A stretch of 44,241 bases of DNA, counting the filler, from Jimgerdemannia flammicorona (Eukaryota): NCBI GenBank assembly GCA_003990765.1. It is 2 parts of 2 records of this genome, joined end to end, with 100 filler letters (N's around TTAATTAATTAA, not from the genome) between each part and the next. Parts side by side here need not be neighbours in the genome. Positions count along the whole stretch, not along the records: positions 1 to 22,074 come from RBNJ01001340.1; 1 more part is not named here. One strand, given 5' to 3'. The notes below the pieces were generated by a model that worked only from the letters and a program-made list of their open reading frames with translations, had not been told where the DNA came from and made no database searches. The position numbers were made by a program, and so were the translations under genes. Shown here in pieces: positions 1-14,289 of the stretch. Position 1 is the stretch's first letter; the number at the start of each line of letters is the position of its first letter.

Positions 1-3000
1 TTTTTTTTTTTTTTTTTTTTTTTATAGTTATAAGGACTTCCACTTTATTACTAAACTATCTATAATATACTTAATACAAATAAACCCCACACCCAATCTT
101 ACTCAGAAGCTCCCTCTCTCTCTCACTATTCTTCTGAAATACTGTCAACCCCTCTGCCACCCCAACTCTCTCTCCACTCTTCCTACAGATCATCTCTACC
201 AGTTGCCTCCAATACTCCCCCCCTAGCACCTGCCCTCTCTACCATCCATTTAACAGATCTGTCATCAGCCACTCTTATCTAGCAACTCTCACCCCCAATA
301 TCAGCTATTTGTCATTCTCAAATATATACAGTCAATGTCCTACAAGCTCAATCCAAATTACCAGCACCCATCTTTATGTCAATTACTCATCTCTCAACCC
401 CCCCACCAGCCTCCCCCAGAGGTCACTCTACCTCTCTCCCACCACCAACTCTGGTAAGTATACCCTCAGTCACACCTTAATTGTCCTTCAAAAATCCCCC
501 ACACCTTGCACTCCCCTAGCCAATATTCAGAAGTCTATACCACTCCTTTCTCTTGTCTAATATTCAGATACTTCTCACACTCCTGGGTACCTTCTTTCAC
601 CAAGTGACCTGACTGGTAGTTCAATATTATATTATATTATAAAAGTCTCTACCATACTACTTAGAACTTGGAGGGAATCCATCTTATCACCTGCTTATCC
701 TATAACTAAATGCTATTCTAGTCTCACTCTTCTCCAATCTCCACCCTTCTCCAATCCCCATCCCCTGCCACACCTCAGGCCACAGATCTCTCCCATACTC
801 CTAAAGATACTTCATACCATCCTCCAAGTAGAAGTCATCTACTGGTGCTCTGTCTAACAGAAGGCAGTCTCACCTCTATATCTGGGGTCTCCATTTCTTC
901 TCTCTCTCATCACCCTGATATCAGAGACTAATATAGTGAGCCCCATCAACCACCTCCTACCAGAATCCCCTATAGCACATCTTCTGACTCTCCTCTAAAG
1001 CTACCAGAGATAGTAAATTCCCAGTTGCACTATGGGGGGAGAACTGGGCCTCCCATACCCTCTGTATGAGGGGGACCCACTCTCTGCCCCTCAACTCACT
1101 AGCTCACTTCAGCCACCATATTTTCAAGCAATACAGATACTTGGAAAAATCCACCAGACCTAGGCCTCTCCAGTTTACTGGCAAGGTCAACATCTCTCAG
1201 TCAATCTGACTCTATTGCTCTGCTCATATTCAGATCTTGGCTATCTTCAATAATCTCTAAACCACTTATATCAGAAAGTCCAAGTAGTATCTTAGGTACT
1301 ATAGCTTAGATAACTAGTATATATTCAGTACTATCACCCTCCCTGCCAGAGATATATAATGACCACCCCACCCCAAGAGAGTACTCTCTCACTCCACCAA
1401 CTGATGCTCCCATCATCTATGAGATAACAAGGAGCCATATATCAAAAAGTAGATCTCCAGATAGCAAACAACCTCTTCTGCAGAGACAATTGTTTCAATC
1501 ACATCTCTACCTACTATCTCTCCTCCCAACACCAAAGTCTCACACTTATGCTAGTTGAGCTTAGCACCTAAGTACCCCTCATATCACTCTACTATACCTT
1601 TCAGCACTACTATATCTTCTGTTGATCCCAACCTGATCACTATATCATTAGTGAAGGCCCCAACCTTCCAATTAACCCCAGAATATCCAATGCCCCTATC
1701 TTTTACCTTATCCTATCCAAAAGAGACTCTAGGGACAACACATACAGGATCAGTGATAGTGGATCCCTCTATAGTACTCCTCTGTCCAGAGGGAATAGAA
1801 CCCCCCTGAGTCTATTTACTATAATTACTGTCTGACTCCCATCCAGTAGACCAACCAAGGTCCACCAGACCCCAGAAGAGACTCTTATATGCTTTAGCAC
1901 CCCTTCCAACCACACTTGCCAGACCCTGTCATAGACCTTCTCTTGGTCCAAAAAAATAAGCTATCCATCTATCCTAGCAGTGTAAGCTTTTATGTATCCA
2001 GGCTGTTCTATCTCTGATCAGACATCTTCCTATGAATTCTCTCTGCTCAGCCCCCAGAACCTGCAGAGCCACTCCTTGCAGTCTAGCCACTAGTAGCTTT
2101 GTAACCAGTTTGTAATCTATATCCAGAAGAATGTTCAGTCTTCAGTTTTTCTACTCCTCTCTCCTCTTCTTATTCTTAAACAGCAGAGCCACAAGACCCA
2201 AGCACTGTCCCCCAATCCATACCCCTGAGCTAATAACTTCATCACATATCACTGATATTTTCTCTAGAATCAGCTTAATACTTACTATCTTCTTTCAAAA
2301 ATCTCATAGTAAGCTATCCTCCCCTGATGCTATTCCCAAGCTCATCATCATCAGTACCTGCTAAATCTCTTCTCCTTGGACAGTAGCACCAAGATCACCT
2401 AAGCCCACTGCTGGATCAGGGTACCAGTTCTCTAAGTGTCTGTCAATGTCCAGTACCCCTACCCCCCCTTCCTCCTTACACTATAATCACTCCTACTATA
2501 TACTCAGCTGATCCAAAATCTCCAGAGTACCAACAACCAACTTCTCTGCCTTATCCAATTCCCCCTCTCATTACTGCTATACTCTCCTCACCTGCAGAAG
2601 ATGAGATAAATACTTTATAGACCTCTCTCCCTCCTCCAATCTCTGCTACCTCAGCTGGGCCACCATGTTCTGTATCTATAGGTCTTTCTCCTGCTTCAGC
2701 AATCTCTTCAACTCCTCCACCTCCAGCCAGATCCACTGGGTCCTCCAATCTCTCTCCTCACTATCATTCAGCAGATCTGTCCATATTGCCAACAACTTTA
2801 CTAACCTCTGGAAGACCCACCTCACTCACTTCCTCCTCTGAGCACTATGTGTCCTTCTTACCTCCCCCTAGTACTATTGTATATCTGATTTTAGCTGCCT
2901 CCAGTAATCTCCAATTGGCATCCCCTTCACCCTCTATCTCAGTATCCTGAAGCTAATGTCCATTACTCATATATTCCATAAGAAGGCCTCTCTAAGCAAT

Positions 3001-5700
3001 GAGGTATTGAGGTGCCAATGTCCAGGCCCCTCCCCACTTCCCCCAAAACTCCCCCCTCCCAGAAGGCCCCAGTGATCAGACCATAGATATCAAACAGTTT
3101 CTAAAAATCTCCAGATATCAACTCTCCAGTATTCAGCAGTTAACATTCAGTCAATATATAAGTCCAACTCTATTACCCAGAGAGTATAGATCCTGCAATC
3201 TCTCCATCCAAGTCTCTCAGTATTTACTAAGGAACTCAGATGTTTGAATTTCTCTCAGGCTTCCATCCCACTACTTCTATCAGCAATCTCTCTTCTCCCA
3301 TCAGTTCTGTCCACCTTTCCATCTTGTATCATGTTAAAGTCTCCACCTAGATAGTCAATCTCTGTCTCTACCAATACTCCAGACTCTTATAGCCCTCAAA
3401 TTCATTCCACCCTCTCTCCTCTTTCCACTGGATAATAATATGACCCAACAGTCAAGAGTCTCTAGCCCAGCCACTTCCAAACTCCCCACACTACCCTGCT
3501 CTCTCAATATCCAATGTCCCCAATATCCCCCTGCTCTTTCTAACCAGAATATCTATACACTCCCACTAAATAGCCATACTACTCCATTCTTTCATCTAGT
3601 CCAGACTATTCAAGTCTCTATAATACTCAATATTCTATAGTAGGAACAAATCTGCATCCAGCCCCTTCAGCCAGCCAAAGATATTTTGACACCTCACCAC
3701 TCTCTATAGCCCATTGACATTCAAAGATAAGATTCTAGTTATACTGTTTATATTGAATAATATTATTTGAAGAATAGTCATCCACTCTATAATTCTATAC
3801 TCACTGCATCACTAGTAACATCTAGGTTTCTCTCTATCTCAAGCTCATCTGCCTCTTTCTGCTGAGCCTCCAATGCCTCCAAAATCTCCTGATAATCTGT
3901 ACCATCCACAGCTTCCATCTCTATCTGGTACTCCTCACACATCACCTGTTTCTTTATCAGCTCTTTTCTTAGATCTCACATATATACAGTTCTGTTATTT
4001 GCAATTACCAGAAGTGCTGCCTCCCTATAATCATCTACTTGATATATGTATCTCAGCCTCTAGCAAAGCTATTATTATCTTATCTCAAAGTTTCCATGAC
4101 ATCTCCTTGCTATGCAGAATTTCACCCCAGTGCTACTCACTTAGTACCCAAAAGTTCTCTCCCCCTAGCTCCTCAGTCACTATATTCTCTAGTATTTTCC
4201 ACAGCTATTTCTCCTTATCCACAGCCTTCTCCACTCTCTGGGCCACCCCCTTCTCCCCTTCCATCTGCCTATCCTCTGTATTCCTTCTTGCTGACTCATC
4301 TCAATTCTCCTCCAGTATATTCTATAGTATATCATCACCTTTAGCCCCACCTGGCACTCCATACTGAGAACACTCCACCTCTACTATCTCCTCATTCTCT
4401 ATGACAACACTCAGTCCTAAGCCTCCTCTCTCTCTTAGGGTCTCCTTTAGTACCACTTCCTTTTTTTCTGTCTAGGTACTCACCCTTAATCCAGCTTCTT
4501 CAGTAGTGGGCCCCCCAACTGCCCCCCCTCCCAACTTAGCCAATAGATTCTTCTAAATATACCTCCCCTGCACCTTCTCCCAGACTGTCTGATCCAGCTG
4601 CACTTTCTTGCCATTTATGACCTCTACTACCATTCTGATCTCAAACTTCTTTCAGGTCAATCTCTTTCTCTCTACAGCCTCAGTCAGATCCTCCAATACC
4701 TTCAGCAAGTTCTCTTCTTTCTCCAGCATCTCTTTTACTCTCAAGACCTTGTACTCTACAGGTTCTCATTTGAGGACTACTGGCCAGTCTCTCACTTTCC
4801 CCATATTCTCCTTACCTGCTAGCTGTACCCTGACATCCATATCTTCTGTTCTGAACTCTGTGTCTTCTCAGACCCAAAACTCAATATCTACAATATCTCC
4901 ATACTTCTTGATGGCCTCTACAATTAACCCTCTGGCCATCTCCTTTAATATCCAACACTATCAGCTATATTACATATAGGTCTCAGTACAAGTACTAGAC
5001 CATAGGGATCACTATCCCCCCCACTACCACTCTCTTCTCTATTGCTTCCAATAGTATATTCTCCTTCTTGAAACCTACCTCCATCTCTTCTAGACCCTAC
5101 AAAAATTTCACCAAGGCTGCTCCCTTCACCTTCTAGGCCAGAAGCCCCAGAATCATCCTTACTATCACTGCCAAGCCCTGGAAATATAACATGATAGTGA
5201 ATTCTGATCTTGATTTCTTGAGTAACAGTACTGCTACCAGGTCTGATACACCATCCACCAGATCTCTGGGCCTCATGCCCACTCTCTGTCCAGATCCACT
5301 ATCAACTATTATATCTGGATTTTTTTTCCAGATTAGTAGTCTTCTTGCTATCAGCAGTTCTACTCTCTCCAACCACTACTCCCCCAGCTCTGCTGCCCTC
5401 ACCACTATAGACTGCTCTATCAGACCCTGCAGCCCTCACTGTCTCCTTGCCCTTCCTCAGCCAATCCTCCAATCCAGTCAATGGATGTCCCTCCTTCACC
5501 TTGTCTGCAAAGCTCATCCTCCCAGTCTCCTATCTTCCAGTACTGTCTCCTCTTCTTCTACATCCTCCAGTCAGCAAGTCTCACATACTTTCCCCCAAGC
5601 TATGACTCCTTCCCACATGCTGCCAGTCAAATGCACTAGAGCTGTCCTACTCAGCATACACTTCAGAATACTCATTGGTTGCTATATTGCTAATATCTAT
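1..5700 (-). mobile_element. Degenerate near-full-length L1/Tx1-type LINE (copy 1)
   Basis: Poly(T) at 1-23 is the minus-strand poly(A) tail, preceded by AATAAA. RT motif DQEKVYDRV lies at 1769-1951. APE-like segments (LNVNGL, WSDHW) lie at ~3000-3750. The copy is collinear with copy 2 and has many stops. The 5' end is approximate. Confidence 0.9.
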
Positions 5701-5719
5701 TCTCCAAAAAATGATATCT

Positions 5720-6990
5720 TGAGTGTTGCCAGAAGTTTGTATAATCTGAATATTATCAGAGAAAGGTGATTATGAAGCTTCTACCATATTCTAATATATC
5801 AGGACTTTGTCTTCTATCTTGATAATCTCTAGAGACTTGTAAGTCTTTTCTGTATTATTCTACTATAGTATCTGTACTTTGGTTATATAATCCTCAGCCT
5901 TCTTTCTGATTTGGTATAGTCTCTATATCTCTTTATCTATATGTTTCCATACAGCATCTCTATTGAATAATAAGGTTCCTTGAGAACTTTCTTCTTTAAA
6001 TAGCATCTCTCAAGGGGTGAAATGGGTACTTTGTGATCAGATATCCCAAAGAGCAGATAATGCTATTGGCAGATAGTGATTTCAGTTTTCATAGTTATCA
6101 CAGATCTTAGTAATGATATTCTTGAGAGTCTTGTTTGTTCTTTCTGCTATCCATTTTCCTAATGGTGATAAGCTGTAGTCCAAATATGCTAAATCTTGTA
6201 CTTCTTATAGAGAATCTCAAAGAACTGATTTATAAATTCTGTTCTTCTATCTATAGTTACTTGTGCTGGGGTCTTAAATTGGTAGATAATTTCTTTATAG
6301 AAGAAATTGGCAATTGACTGTGCATTGGCTTCTTTGAAGGGTCCTGTCTCTATCTATTTTGTAAAAAGGTCTATAATGATAATTATATATCAGTTGTTAG
6401 TCAAAGTCAAGGGTAGAGAGCCAATTACATCTATTACAATATATGCAAAGGGTACTGGTTCTATGTGTGCTGATCCTGGGATCTGATTTTGTTGGTCTTG
6501 TTTCTGTTTCTGATATTTGTCACAGATCTTGATAAATCATCTAATGTCTTCCTTTGGCTACTACATTGTTCTTCTTACTTTATCATATGTATTTGTTCCT
6601 CCTAGATGACCAAGTTCATATACTGATTTAATTGCTTGCTCCTTCTTGTATTTGGGTATAACTAGTAGCTTTCCTTTCTTTAGTATTTCTCTATTAGTCT
6701 CAAATTATTTCCATGTTCTGTTGATAATCATTTATATCTATTCTTCCAGATATTGGGATATCTTTCACTGTCCCAGATAGGTAATAATTCCATAGTAGAG
6801 TTCTTTATTCATAATTGGTTTATTGGTTGGGAGTTCTTTGGGGTATTTATGAGAGGGTATCTGCATTAGTATTAGTTTTTCTAGGGTAGTATATAATGGT
6901 TATGTCATAGGCTTGTAACTTTATAATCCATCTGGCATAGATTCCTTTGAGTTGAGAGTGGGTATGCTGCTACTGCTTAAATCTTGAGAG
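5720..6990 (-). mobile_element. Ty3/Gypsy pol remnant (RNase H end plus integrase)
   Basis: Minus-strand translation gives ARWIIKLQAYDITIIYYPRKTNTNADTLS, then HHCC-like HLGG..ICDKYQK, and core motifs IDVIGSLP / IIIIDLFTK / TTAYHH, with stops. Confidence 0.85.
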
Positions 6991-6992
6991 AG

Positions 6993-6994
<2 letters not shown>

Positions 6995-7056
<62 letters not shown>

Positions 7057-10000
7057 GTCTCTTAGACTCCTTTATTACAAACTATCTAATACAATAATGC
7101 AGAACCACAATTCACTACTAATCCTATAACATATACAGAAGTAGAGTCCTTTAGCCAACTCTTTCCTTTCATCTTACCCTACTATCATCTAACACTAGAA
7201 ATCCTCAACTCTGCAATACAATGTCCTACACCTTCTTTAAGGCCCCTGGCTGAAGTTGCCTCCCCTGATATCACCACCCCTGAACTACCTTCTGTATCAG
7301 CCACCTCCACTACTCCACTATCTCTCCAATCTCCATCCATAGGTCCTGTTCAAAAATCTACTGCCAATGCACTGCCATCAAGACCCAGACCCCCAAAACT
7401 TGACCTAAGCCCTCCCATATATCACCAATTTCCCCTACCAGCTGGTGCTTGACCACCAGACTGGCCAGATCCTCCGCCCTTCATCTCTCTGGGCCCCAGT
7501 AACCTTCCAGACTCTGCCAAAACCCTTCCACACCTGGACAGGCCCCCAGAACATGTTCCGGTGTCTGAACAACCCCTCCATCCACCTCATTACACTACTC
7601 ACAGTCTCGATAGCCATCTACCTTCATCCAGCCTGTCTGATAGCTCAGCATCACATTACATCTCAAAAACCGCCACCAAACCACCCAGTATATGGGGGGC
7701 ACCATCTTGTGTACCAAGGTTCCCCAATTCCAAATTTGAACCCACTCCCAGTCCTCACCAATATCAGCTCTCTGCCAACCAGGTGGCCATCTCTCCAGAG
7801 GGCCAAACCTGATCCACTCCATTGCCTCAATCAGGGAGTACTCCTTCAGACTGTGGCCACTCACGTGCAGGTCACCCAGTCACCACCAATGCTGCTCAGG
7901 GTCTACCCCCACCTCTATCTCTGGGCCTGCCAACCCCATGGCCAGCCAGGCCTCTACAATACTCCACCAGAACCCCTTGAAATGCAGCCTACCTACACTC
8001 CCAACCTGAAGCAAGCCCCGCATATCCTTCTAGACATCCACACAAGAGCAGAAACTGACCTCCCAATTGTCCATGGCCAGCCTGCCCCAACCTTCCTCAC
8101 CAAGTTCTATCAGTTGGTGCCCCCACCAACCCCGAAGTACCTTCAGTTAGCGCCTGAAATCCACCAGCCCCAGGCCGCCATCAGAAGTCCTCATCACCAA
8201 AGTCTCCCATCCAATCTGCAGATACCTCCCATGCCATATCCACCCTTTGACAATTTTCTTCAACTGCTGAACCACCCACTCTGGAAAATCCAGATGATAA
8301 CCTAGATACTACAGTTTGGGCAGCCAATTCACATTCAAGACCACTATCCTTCCAATCAAAGAGAAGCTCCTTCCTGAACAACCTGTCAATGCACCTTCCA
8401 GTCTCTGAATCAATCCACACCACCACTCTCTCAGCAGAACTGTCCCATACACCAAGAACTAAATACCCAGATACCGAACAGCACTCCCTCTAGCTACCAA
8501 TTGTCCAAATTGTCCATGTCCCCCCAGGCCAGCACCAAGTTCCATTGTCTCACACTTGCCCCAGTTCAACTTTGCCCCTGCCAGCCTCTCATACTGACCC
8601 ACCCCTTCTTGTAGGACTACTACATCCTCCTGACTGCCCAACCCTACCACCATGTCATCCGCAAAGACACCCAACTTCCAGACTACATCTCCCATCTGCA
8701 GTCCAAAAAGTCACCCCTTCAGCCACACCAACAAAGGCTCTAGAGAGAGTACATAAAGAAGAGGGGAGAGAGGATCCCCCTATGGTACCCCTTGCCCCAA
8801 GGCAAACTCTGGTCTACACCATCCATTCATCATCACTACAGCTTAGCATCCTTGTACCAAGCCCATCAGTCACCCTGCCTTTACGATACTGAACCCTGCC
8901 CTCCTCAGAACAGCCTTCAAGTAGCTCCACTGCACTCTGTCATAGGCCTTCTCTTGATCCAGAAAGACCATCTGGCCATCTACCTGCCAGCTCCTACAGC
9001 TCTCCAAGACATTCTACACTCAAGCAGTACTATCTCTGATCTGCCTCCCCTTGACAAAGCCTTGCTACTCTTCTCCAACTAGCACACCAACATATTGCTG
9101 CATCCTCCCTACCAGAATCTTTGACACCAACTTTCTATCTACATTCAGCAGCATGATAGGTCACCAATTGCACCACACTTGTCGATCTCCCTTTTCCTTA
9201 TATAGAAGAGAGACTAGTCTCAAGGAACCATTGCCGATCCAGCTACTCTCCTTCAGAACTGCATTGGCCATCTCTACCAACCAGTTACCAAACTTGGCCT
9301 TGAACTCCTTCCAGAATTCCCAGGGCAACCCATCCTCCCCAGAAGATGAACCAGTCTGCATCTTCCTCAGTACTTCCAATACTTCATCTAAAGACACCTC
9401 CCCCATGACTACCTCTCCTATCTCGGGTATCACTGTCACTGACCAATTAGTCACCATATTGTCATTATCCTTCTGAAGCCCAGCCTCCTCAGCATGCTCC
9501 CTACCATCCTGCCAAAGAGCTTGCCATTGACTGAATACCTCTCCTAGCATGTCAGCAATTCCAGAGACCTCCACTCTATCTTCACACAATACTGAGGCCC
9601 AACTATGTCACACTTGTCTGACCTTCAAAACACCAGACAGATATCTTATCAGCCTCTCTCATTCTTCCAACCATCTAGCTCACAGCCTGGCCAGCAGGCC
9701 ATCCACCACCCTAGTCTCTTTTTTTTTTTTTATAGTCTCCACCACCCTAGTCTCAGACACCCTTAAATCTGTCTGCAACCCTGCCACCTCTAATGCCAAC
9801 TGGTGGTACACCTCTCCAGACAAGTTCCCCTTTTCCAAAAGCTTCAATCGCCATCTCAGCCCCTTTTCAACTCTCCTTTCCTTGTCCTTCCATTCCTTCC
9901 CAGCTACTTCTCCAATATCCTGCCAGTAAGTACCAGCCAAATGTTTGAATTTACCCTACCATTCTGCTATCAACTGTTCTTTATTCTGCCATCACAAAAC

Positions 10001-12680
10001 TTCCTGTCTCATAACTGTCACAAAATCATCTCTCTCCTTCTTCCTCTTGAGTAAGGCTACATTAAGGTACTAGTACCCTCTGCCACTGCTTGCTGCTTGA
10101 AATCTACCACAAACCTCTACTCCCCAGTGATCAGACCAAGGGCACCAGTGTACCTCTGCAGTGTCCAGTATATTACCCCAGCACTCCGCCACTAGCACCC
10201 AATCTATTTGCATCCCAATGAACATTGTTCCAACTGGATGCCACCAGGTGAAAGGTCCCAACTTATCCCCCTGTCATTGACAAATGCCATCCACCAAACT
10301 CATGTCACACTCCATCTGAAGCCACTGAGAAAGTCCAGAGGATACCATGACTCCTGCTCTACCATCAGACCTTTTCAGTACACGATCACACACCATGTTA
10401 AAGTCCCCCCCCAGAATGTCCAAAGCAACTACCTCCTGACCATCCCATGCCAGCCATCTCTCAACTCATTGCTTTTGCTCTCTGCCAACTGCTGGGAGGT
10501 AAACTGAGCCAACTGTCAAACCATCACTAGCCCCACCTTTTAGTCTTCCCCAAATCAGTCTATCACCATAGATATCTACCTCCACCAGCTCACCTTTGCC
10601 AACACCAACCAAGACGCCCACCTGCTTATTCCAACCTGCTCCACCATACCATTCTTTACTCTACATCTCAAAGTCTGACTCACCATAAGCCCAAACATTC
10701 TGAAGAAACACAACATCATACCTCCTGACTTTAAGCTATCTGAAGAGCCGCCATCTTTTAACATCATCCTGCAATCCATTGACATTGATTGACAAAATAC
10801 ATAGGTTGTTCATCATCATTAAGGAAATTGTTTAAAGCTCAGCTGGGACTGCCACCACTTTCTCAGCCCTTCCTCTAACAATCTCTTGCTGGTTCTCACA
10901 AATTGCCCTCCAGATTTGATCACCATTTGCACTGCTGCAAAAAAGGTCCACTCTCTCTGTCATCACCTTCCTAATATCTGCCATCCTGCTCTTGTCAACA
11001 TCATATCCTTCATCATCCAGCAGGGCAGCTACCATCACCATCACCAGCTTAGGCCCCTGCATCACAATATTGAGGAATCCTTCCCATGCCTCCTGAGATC
11101 CATGAAACACATCTACTTCCTTGATGTCTTCCTCTACCAGCTCCTCAAGTACTGCCTGATACCAGCTCTCTGCTGTCATCACCAGGGGCCTGGGAGTCGA
11201 TGGCCTTGGGGTTCTGCTCAGCTCTTGCAGTTGCTCTCTGTCCACCAACACATCAGAAGTCACATCCACCAGCTCATTCTCCTCAGCAACTTTCTCCAAA
11301 TGAATAACCTCACCAGCTTCTGGGCACTCCCAATGGATATTCGCTGCTCCCACCATATAGGTATCCTCCACCTACTTCATCATCAACCTCAAAGCCTCCT
11401 TCACCAACCTCCTCCTTATCTGCCCACTTTCCTCTCACCAGCACATGTGCTGAGTTCTCTACACCACCCAGCTGGGAGAAGGACACCTCCACTGCCTCCA
11501 CGCCTTCCATCTGATTCTTGGCGGCCTCTACTCTTATCTCCTCTTCTATAGCTGCCCCTTGAAGGGCTGTCTACAGATGCTCCCAATTTCCTTTCCTCCA
11601 TCTCTTCCACTTGCCATCAGCCTCGATCCAGACCCAATCCTTGGCATACTCCTCCCACTTCCTCTTTTGCAGCTCCTTGGTAGCCTCTCTCTCCTCCAGA
11701 GCAATTGCCAACTCTTTCTCCTCCTGTTCTGCTCCCTTTCTCCTCCAGACCTTGCATTTCTGCCCTCCAATTCTAATCCCCTCAGGCCAATCACAGCCCA
11801 GCCCAGTAGCCTCCTTGTCTTCCAGTCACAGCATCACCTTATAGTTGCCATTCCTCAATTTGGTACCCTCCCAGAACATGAACCCAAAGTCCACCATCTT
11901 ACCATATCCACCTAGTGCCTCTACCACCATCTTCTTGGTCTCCTGTCTGCCCAGGGTCGGTAAACCTTCCACCACCAGCCAAACAGCATGTGGATTTCAC
12001 CTCAGACACCTTGCCATCCCAATCTGGATACCCTTGACCATCATCCCTTTCTCCAGCACCTTCACCATTACATTCTCCTCCACAAATCCAATCTCCACAG
12101 CCTCCACCAAAGGGATGAACTTCAGAGATTCTGCCCCAGCCACTTCCTCTCCCACCAACCTCAGAATCTCCCTTGCTGACATCACCAATCCCAGGAAGTT
12201 TACCAAGACTGCTCACATTGACACTGATTTGTGGAAGAAAGGCCTCACCACCAACTCACCTGTCTCTGCTGCCAGAGTCACCTTTTCCTTGGTCCTTGAA
12301 ACATCTGTAGTTATTCCACCAGGCACAGCTGCACCACCAGCAGTCCTCTCCCCAGCCACCTGCTCAGCCACAGAAGAATCAGTCTCCAGTGTCCCACTAC
12401 CAGACCCCTGTCCCCTGCCAGCCACCTGACCCATCACCTGACTCATCACCTGACCCCTCCCCCTGTCAACACTATGCCCCCCCTGTCTAATCCCCATGGG
12501 CCTAGTTGCAGCCCTCCTATTCCCAACCACTGTATGCCAGGCCTTGGTCCCACCAGTCCTCCCCTGTCCACCAGCCCTTTCTGCAGCTACACCAGCCCCT
12601 GCAGCAGCCGCAAAGCTCTTAGAAATACTCAGACCAGGTCTCCTTCTCTCCAGATGCTCAGAGCTAGAGGAATCTTAACT
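6995..12680 (-). mobile_element. Near-full-length degenerate L1/Tx1-type LINE (copy 2)
   Basis: Poly(T) at 6995-7053. ORF2 starts at ~10819 (MMMNNLCILSINVNGL, APE). RT motifs GEDGLPWEFW (9161-9589) and FADDMVV (8459-8695). C-terminal CxxC..PEH..C at ~7540-7600. ORF1 remnants at 10832-12530. Confidence 0.92.
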
Positions 12681-13667
12681 AGCCATGTCGCCAAAACTTA
12701 TCAGTTTTTCTGTACCTTGTAGGTAGACTCCTACCATATGATGTATACCATTATGTTCAAAATAAAAACTTAAAAATAGGTTGTCTTTTGCTGAAAGATG
12801 TCTGTGTGGCTTAGCTCTCTCTGAATGGTTCAAGCAAAAGAAGTCCCCCTGTTGAATGATCTGTTATTCACTCTTCCCTTCTCTCTCCTCTTTACCTCCC
12901 CTCCCTTCTCTCCCTCTCTCCTTACCCTCTCCATACCCCCTCTTCTTTCTCACTCCCAATTCTCATTGTACTATTCAATCATGCTTGCTGGGTTGCTCAA
13001 TGCCTTGATACTGTCCTGCACTCTTCTCTTTCATGCCATGGACTTTCATCTCTTTCTTGATACTCTCTGATCACTCGTTCGCGTCTTCCTTCTGTTTCTT
13101 CTCTAATCCATCACTCTCATTTGTGTTTTCATCACCTTCTGGTGTCTCTGGTTCTGCTGGAGAGGATTAAAAAACATCCTTGCCCCCTTTGGGGTCTCAC
13201 GCTCACTCCGGGGTCTCAGCCTTACTCCACTCTCCTCCACTACCTTTGGCCCCTTGCTTTGCTTGGGCTTACTGTAGCTTACTCCATTTCGGCCTCACAT
13301 CTCGCTCATGCTCACCCCTCCAGGGTCTGTGGATGTGTTTTAATCTTAATTTGGATTTGTCTTGTTTGTGTTTATTTGTGATTTTTATCCTGCAACTGGG
13401 ATTGGCTCCCCCTTTATCTCTGCCTATCTCTGGTAGTCATGTGGTTCCTAATTCGGTTTGCCCTGAGTTGTGGTGCATCCTCTCTTTTGGGATGTCATAT
13501 TTTGTATATAAGGACCACATTTTTACATAGTAATAAATGGCTGATGCATTTTCGGTTACGTTCTTTGTTTGTTCTCCTTATATACACTTTTCTACATATC
13601 TTCTGTTCACTTTGATACTGGCTCTGGGTTTGCTCCCTTGACTCCCACTGGGCCTTCCTCCTCCTCG

Positions 13668-14248
13668 AGTGTTATAATATAGAATAGAAAGAGAAATTTA
13701 TGTAGATGCCTGAACATTGGCTTGAGGAGTATGAGATACTTAGGGACTTTTAGTTGGTAGTTGGAACTCACCTAGAGATGGTAAGGAGGGGGGTTGATAA
13801 GCAAGGTAGATGGAGAGACTTGAGAGATAGATTGGTGGGGGAATTGAAAATGGGTGGCTCATAGTTAGATGAGTTCTAGCTATATGGGTAGGGCTGGCTG
13901 GACACTAACTGTGTGTTTTTGAGAAGAGGAGGTAATTGAGTTTGGAGGAGTGACTGATAAGATGAGAAGGATTGATGGTAGATATCTTGATAGATTGCTG
14001 GCTGGGATGAGGTCTATAGAGGAATTATCAGAACTACTTAGTAGTGAAGATCTGTGGGCAAAGTGAAGAGAGAGTTATAGTAGTAGATAGTAAGATAGTC
14101 TTTAAGCATGAGAATATGGAGAGGGGTCTCTCTGGTGGGATTGGGTAGGGGGCAGAGTGGTGGACTGGGGTACTGTATTTATATTTGACAGACTGATAAT
14201 AAATAATAAAGTCTACAAGACTATAAAAAAAATAAAAAATAAAAAAAA
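13668..14248 (+). mobile_element. 5'-truncated LINE 3' fragment (copy 3)
   Basis: Homologous to 28560-29130 and to the reverse complement of 22174-22640. Ends AATAAAGTCTACAAGACTAT plus an A-rich tail. Confidence 0.8.
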
Positions 14249-14289
14249 CCCTCTAACTAGCCAACAAAAGACAGAATAGATTTAGAGTA

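Noticed and set aside
309..12722. Many + strand S/P/L-rich ORFs (e.g. 7445-8305, 10886-11551)
   Set aside because: Antisense shadows of G-rich minus-strand LINE coding sequence.
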